Part shown: piece by piece, positions 60,428 through 64,000 of the stretch
Position numbering within the stretch: the stretch's first letter is position 1
How the letters are laid out: each line of letters begins with the position of its first letter
Assembly: GCF_963676685.1 (NCBI RefSeq)
Contig: NC_092344.1
Location: 56,792,001-56,856,000 of the forward strand
DNA: 64,000 nucleotides
Direction of reading: 5' to 3'
Source: Mytilus edulis
Taxonomy: Eukaryota
The notes under the pieces: generated by a model
Seen by the model: the letters and a program-made list of their open reading frames with translations, nothing else
Told to the model about the DNA's origin: nothing
Database searches by the model: none
Translations under genes and position numbers: made by a program

Positions 60428-61759
60428 CAAAAATATACATCTATTATTTAACAAATGTGTACATAAGGACTCGTAAATCATTAAAACTTGAATATAAATA
60501 ATTATGGTTTATAATTTAATTTATAAATTTCAGATTATATAAATTCTACCACTGAATCAAGTGTGATACAATATTTATCCACTTGAGACAGTTAAATCTT
60601 AAAATTTAACTGTGGATAAATATTGTATTGCACTAGATTGGATGGAGGAATGTTTCTCTGATTGTTAGACAATATGCAACCATCTAATATTTTTTTTTAA
60701 CAACCCACAAAAAAGAAGTGTTCTTTCATCAGACATAGTCACCTTTATCATGTCATCAGTCACGTCACAATAGGAAATTTGGAGGAAAGAAAATCTGGTG
60801 TCATAAATGGATTTTGACCAATGAAGAAATGAGACCAAACAAACGACTCATCGATTTAAAAATAATAATCAACTGGCCAGGAAAGAGATTAATCAAGTAG
60901 GAGTTAGAGAAACTGCATAATCTGATCTATTATTGAGTGGTGAGTGGGAGACCCACATAGAAATACCAGGAACTAACAAAAATAAAAATAACTTTATGAT
61001 CCAAAAAAAAAAAAAAAGATTAGATTAAGACTAAACAGTATATTACACTAGCTTCATGTGACCATACAATGTGATAACTCCCAACTCCCACCTACAGTCT
61101 TTTTTTCATGATTTTATCATTTCTGAGAAAGTATAGGAAAAAGATAGAAAAGTTAATATGATTGTTGCTTGCCAAGAGGCAATCAATAAGAAAGGTATAT
61201 ACTTCAAACCTTAACATATATGGAAATTGAAACCAGAACAATTCTAGAGCTTTCCTAAATATTATGTAAATGTGAAGTGATCAAAAGGATGTAGATACAT
61301 GTACTTGCAAATGAGACTTAATTCAAATCTAGTCACTGTTAAAAATTTAGGATTGAAACACCTCATATTTTTTAATTGTTTAAATTAGTCTTACAATAGA
61401 CTTTAAAACCCAGCCAGTACAAAATGCAGTATAAGCTTCCTTTAATTTTGAAGGCTTTAATGTGACCTATATTTGATAATAATCTTGTCCTATATCTTAA
61501 GTGGATAGTTGTCTTGTGGTACTTGTGAGTATATACATGTATAAAAGCTTATCTTTAACCATGTGACTCATGAATTGAAACATCTAACTCCATAGGTCAC
61601 TTGTTGTTTCTTATACCTTGCATCTGAATCAGCAACACAAGATCCGGTATCATAATTTAGGAAAGGTCAAGGACTACTTGAATTTCAAGTGAGATGTCTT
61701 ACTTATATAAAAGGTCAATGGTCCTGTATACAATGTCATGAATGTGATTTGGCCAGAAA

Positions 61760-61940
61760 CTGTAAACCAACTAATTTTCGCGAGTAGATAAATAACATGA
61801 ATATAAATTGTCGTGAAAATTGATTTCCAGATCTTACTACATAAAGAGAATTAGAAAATCGTGAAATAAATCGCCTTGAAGTGGGCTAGAAAGGGCTGTA
61901 CGCAAAATAAAAGTATCCGCAAAAATAAGTTGGTTTACAG
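61760..61940. mobile_element. Tc1/mariner-type MITE (CTGTAAACCAACT TIRs); related tactgtg..cacagta MITEs near 20078, 22710, 52497-52706, 58822-59056
   Basis: ctgtaaaccaactaatttt .. aaaataagttggtttacag|ta. Confidence 0.72.
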
Positions 61941-62039
61941 TATCTTTTTAGATAAAACTTAAATCTTGATCTTAGATGTATATTTGATCTTTTGTCCAAT
62001 GGCCATGGGTTGCTGTCATATTGTGTGCCTTGGATCCCT

Positions 62040-62840
62040 TAAGCCAATAAAGGGCTGCGCTTTAGCGCATGATACGCCCGTTGCTCTTTTAACTTGTCTT
62101 TTATGCTTTAAATGAATTTATATGATCAACTAGAAATATATATACAAATCAAAAGGGATGTTACATTAATATATTCACCAAAGTTTCATAAAATCCCCCT
62201 TTTTTAAGTATAAAAATTCTTTACTTAAGAAAACGTAAAATCTAAAATTTATCAAAATGGAAAGGGAGATTATGTCAAAAGATATAAACAATTTATCAAA
62301 GTTGCATAAAATTTTGTGAAAGTGTTAGTTATTGTCCCAAAATTGGAAAATCCCCCCTTTTTTAAGCATAAAAATTCATAATACGGAAATGTAAAATCTG
62401 AAATTTATAAAAATTGAAAGGGAGCTTACATCAATAGATATAAACAATTCACCAAAGTTTCATGGACATTGGTGAAAGCCTTTTTGAGTTATTGTCCGAA
62501 GTGTTGAAAATCCCCTTTTTTTTATGAATAAAGCCCCATAAATCCAAAACTTAACATCTGAAATTTATAAAAATTGAAAGGGAGCTTACATCAATAGATA
62601 TAAACAATTCACCAAAGTTTCATGGACATTGGTGAAAGCCTTTTTGAGTTATTGTCCGAAGTGTTGAAAATCCCCCTTTTTTTTAAGAATAAAGCCCCAT
62701 AAATCCAAAACTTAAAATCTGAAATTTATAAAAATTGAAAGGGAGCTTACATAAATAGATATAAACAATTCACCAAAGTTTCATGGACATTGGTGAAAGC
62801 CTTTTTGAGTTATTGTCCGAAGTGTTGAAAATCCCCCTTT
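62040..62840. repeat. ~160-bp tandem repeat (3 near-identical plus 2 decayed units) within a HINE-like element
   Basis: aaatttataaaaattgaaagggagcttac at 62401, 62561, 62722. Terminal hairpin gggctgcgctttagcgc..gccc at ~62051. Confidence 0.85.
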
Positions 62841-64000
62841 TTTAGCTCACCTGACCTGAAAGGTCAAGTGAGCTTTTCTCATCACTTGGCGTCCGTTGTC
62901 CGTCGTCCTGCGTCCGTAAACTTTTACAAAAATCTTCTCCTCTGAAACTACTGGGCCAAATTCTACCAAACTTGGCCACAATCATCCTTTGGGTATCTAG
63001 TTTAAAAAATGTGTGGCGTGACCCGTCAAACCAACAAAGATGGCCGCCATGGCTAAAAATAGAACATAGGGGTAAAATGCAGTTTTTGGCTTATAACTCA
63101 AAAACCAAAGCATTTAGAGCAAATCTGACATGGGGTAAAATTGTTTATCAGGTCAAGATCTATCTGCCCTGAAATTTTCAGATGAATCTGACAACCGGTT
63201 GTTGGGTTGCTGCCCCTGAATTGGTAATTTTAGGGCAATTTTGCTGTTTTTGGTTATTATCTTGAATATTATTATAGATAGAGATAAACTGTAAACAGCA
63301 ATAATGTTCAGCAAAGTAAGATCTACAAATAAGTCAACATATTTAAAATGGTCAGTTGACCCCTTTAGGAGTTATTGGCCTTTATAGTCAATTTTTAACC
63401 ATTTTTCGTAAATCTTAGTAATCTTTTACAAAAATCTTCTCATCTGAAACTACCATGCCAAACTAAACCAAACTTGGCCACAATCATCATTGGGATATCT
63501 AGTTTAAAAAATGTGTGGCGTGACCCGGCCAACCAACCAAGATGGCCGCCATGGCTAAAAATAGAACATAGGGGTAAAATGCAGTTTTTGGCTTATAACT
63601 CAAAAACCAAAGCATTTAGAGCAAATCTGACATGGGGTAAAATTGTTCATCAGGTTAAGATCTATCTGCCCTGAAATTTTCAGATGAATCGGACAACCCA
63701 TTGTCGGGTTGCTGCCCCTGAATTGGTAATTTTAGGAAAATTTTGCTGTTTTTGGTTATTATCTTGAATATTATTATAGATAGAGATAAACTGTAAACAG
63801 CAATAATGTTTAGCAAGGTAAGACCTACAAATAAGTCAACATGACCAAAATTGTCAGTTGACCCCTTAAGGAGTTATTGCCCTTTATAGTAAATTTTTAA
63901 CAACTTTTCGTCATTTTTTGTAACTTTTCTAAAAATCTTCTTCTCCAAAACTACTTTGCCAAATTTAACCAATCTTGGCCACAATTATCATTGTGGTTTA
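62841..64000 (+). mobile_element. HINE family B copy with 502-bp tandem units, runs off the window
   Basis: tttagctcacctgacctgaaaggtcaagtgagct start; pseudo-ORFs at 62972 and 63474 are 502 bp apart. Confidence 0.88.

Noticed and set aside
55940-63674. Five MATIII..KIYLP ORFs as a peptide gene family
   Set aside because: They are TTG-started frames within the 502-bp unit of HINE family B.

Overview
AT-rich, intron-containing animal genomic DNA, not prokaryotic. The repeat families and TTAGGG repeats look like a bivalve mollusc, probably Mytilus; that is my recognition, not a database result. Almost all ORFs in the supplied track are spurious or repeat-derived. Splicing by hand gives three complete, frame-consistent GT-AG genes: NAA10 (+, 7 coding exons, 12409-21900, 200 aa), CLN3/battenin (-, 15 coding exons, 43182-26481, 434 aa) and HAUS7 (+, 10 coding exons, 43275-60427, 384 aa). 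The CLN3 and HAUS7 start codons are head-to-head with only 92 bp between them. The left part holds an inverted telomeric-repeat junction next to an assembly gap, followed by a layered ~195-bp satellite of ~30 units that ends in a 16-bp hairpin ~270 bp before the NAA10 ATG. Introns are filled with Helentron-like (HINE/DINE-type) elements carrying internal tandem arrays, tRNA-derived SINEs, CR1/L2-type and Penelope-like fragments, and MITEs. Three unrelated CAG-terminated MITEs each have a 5-bp TSD. The most notable non-coding find is an intact minimal type I hammerhead ribozyme on the sense strand of CLN3 intron 2. I found no evidence for a new multi-gene system.
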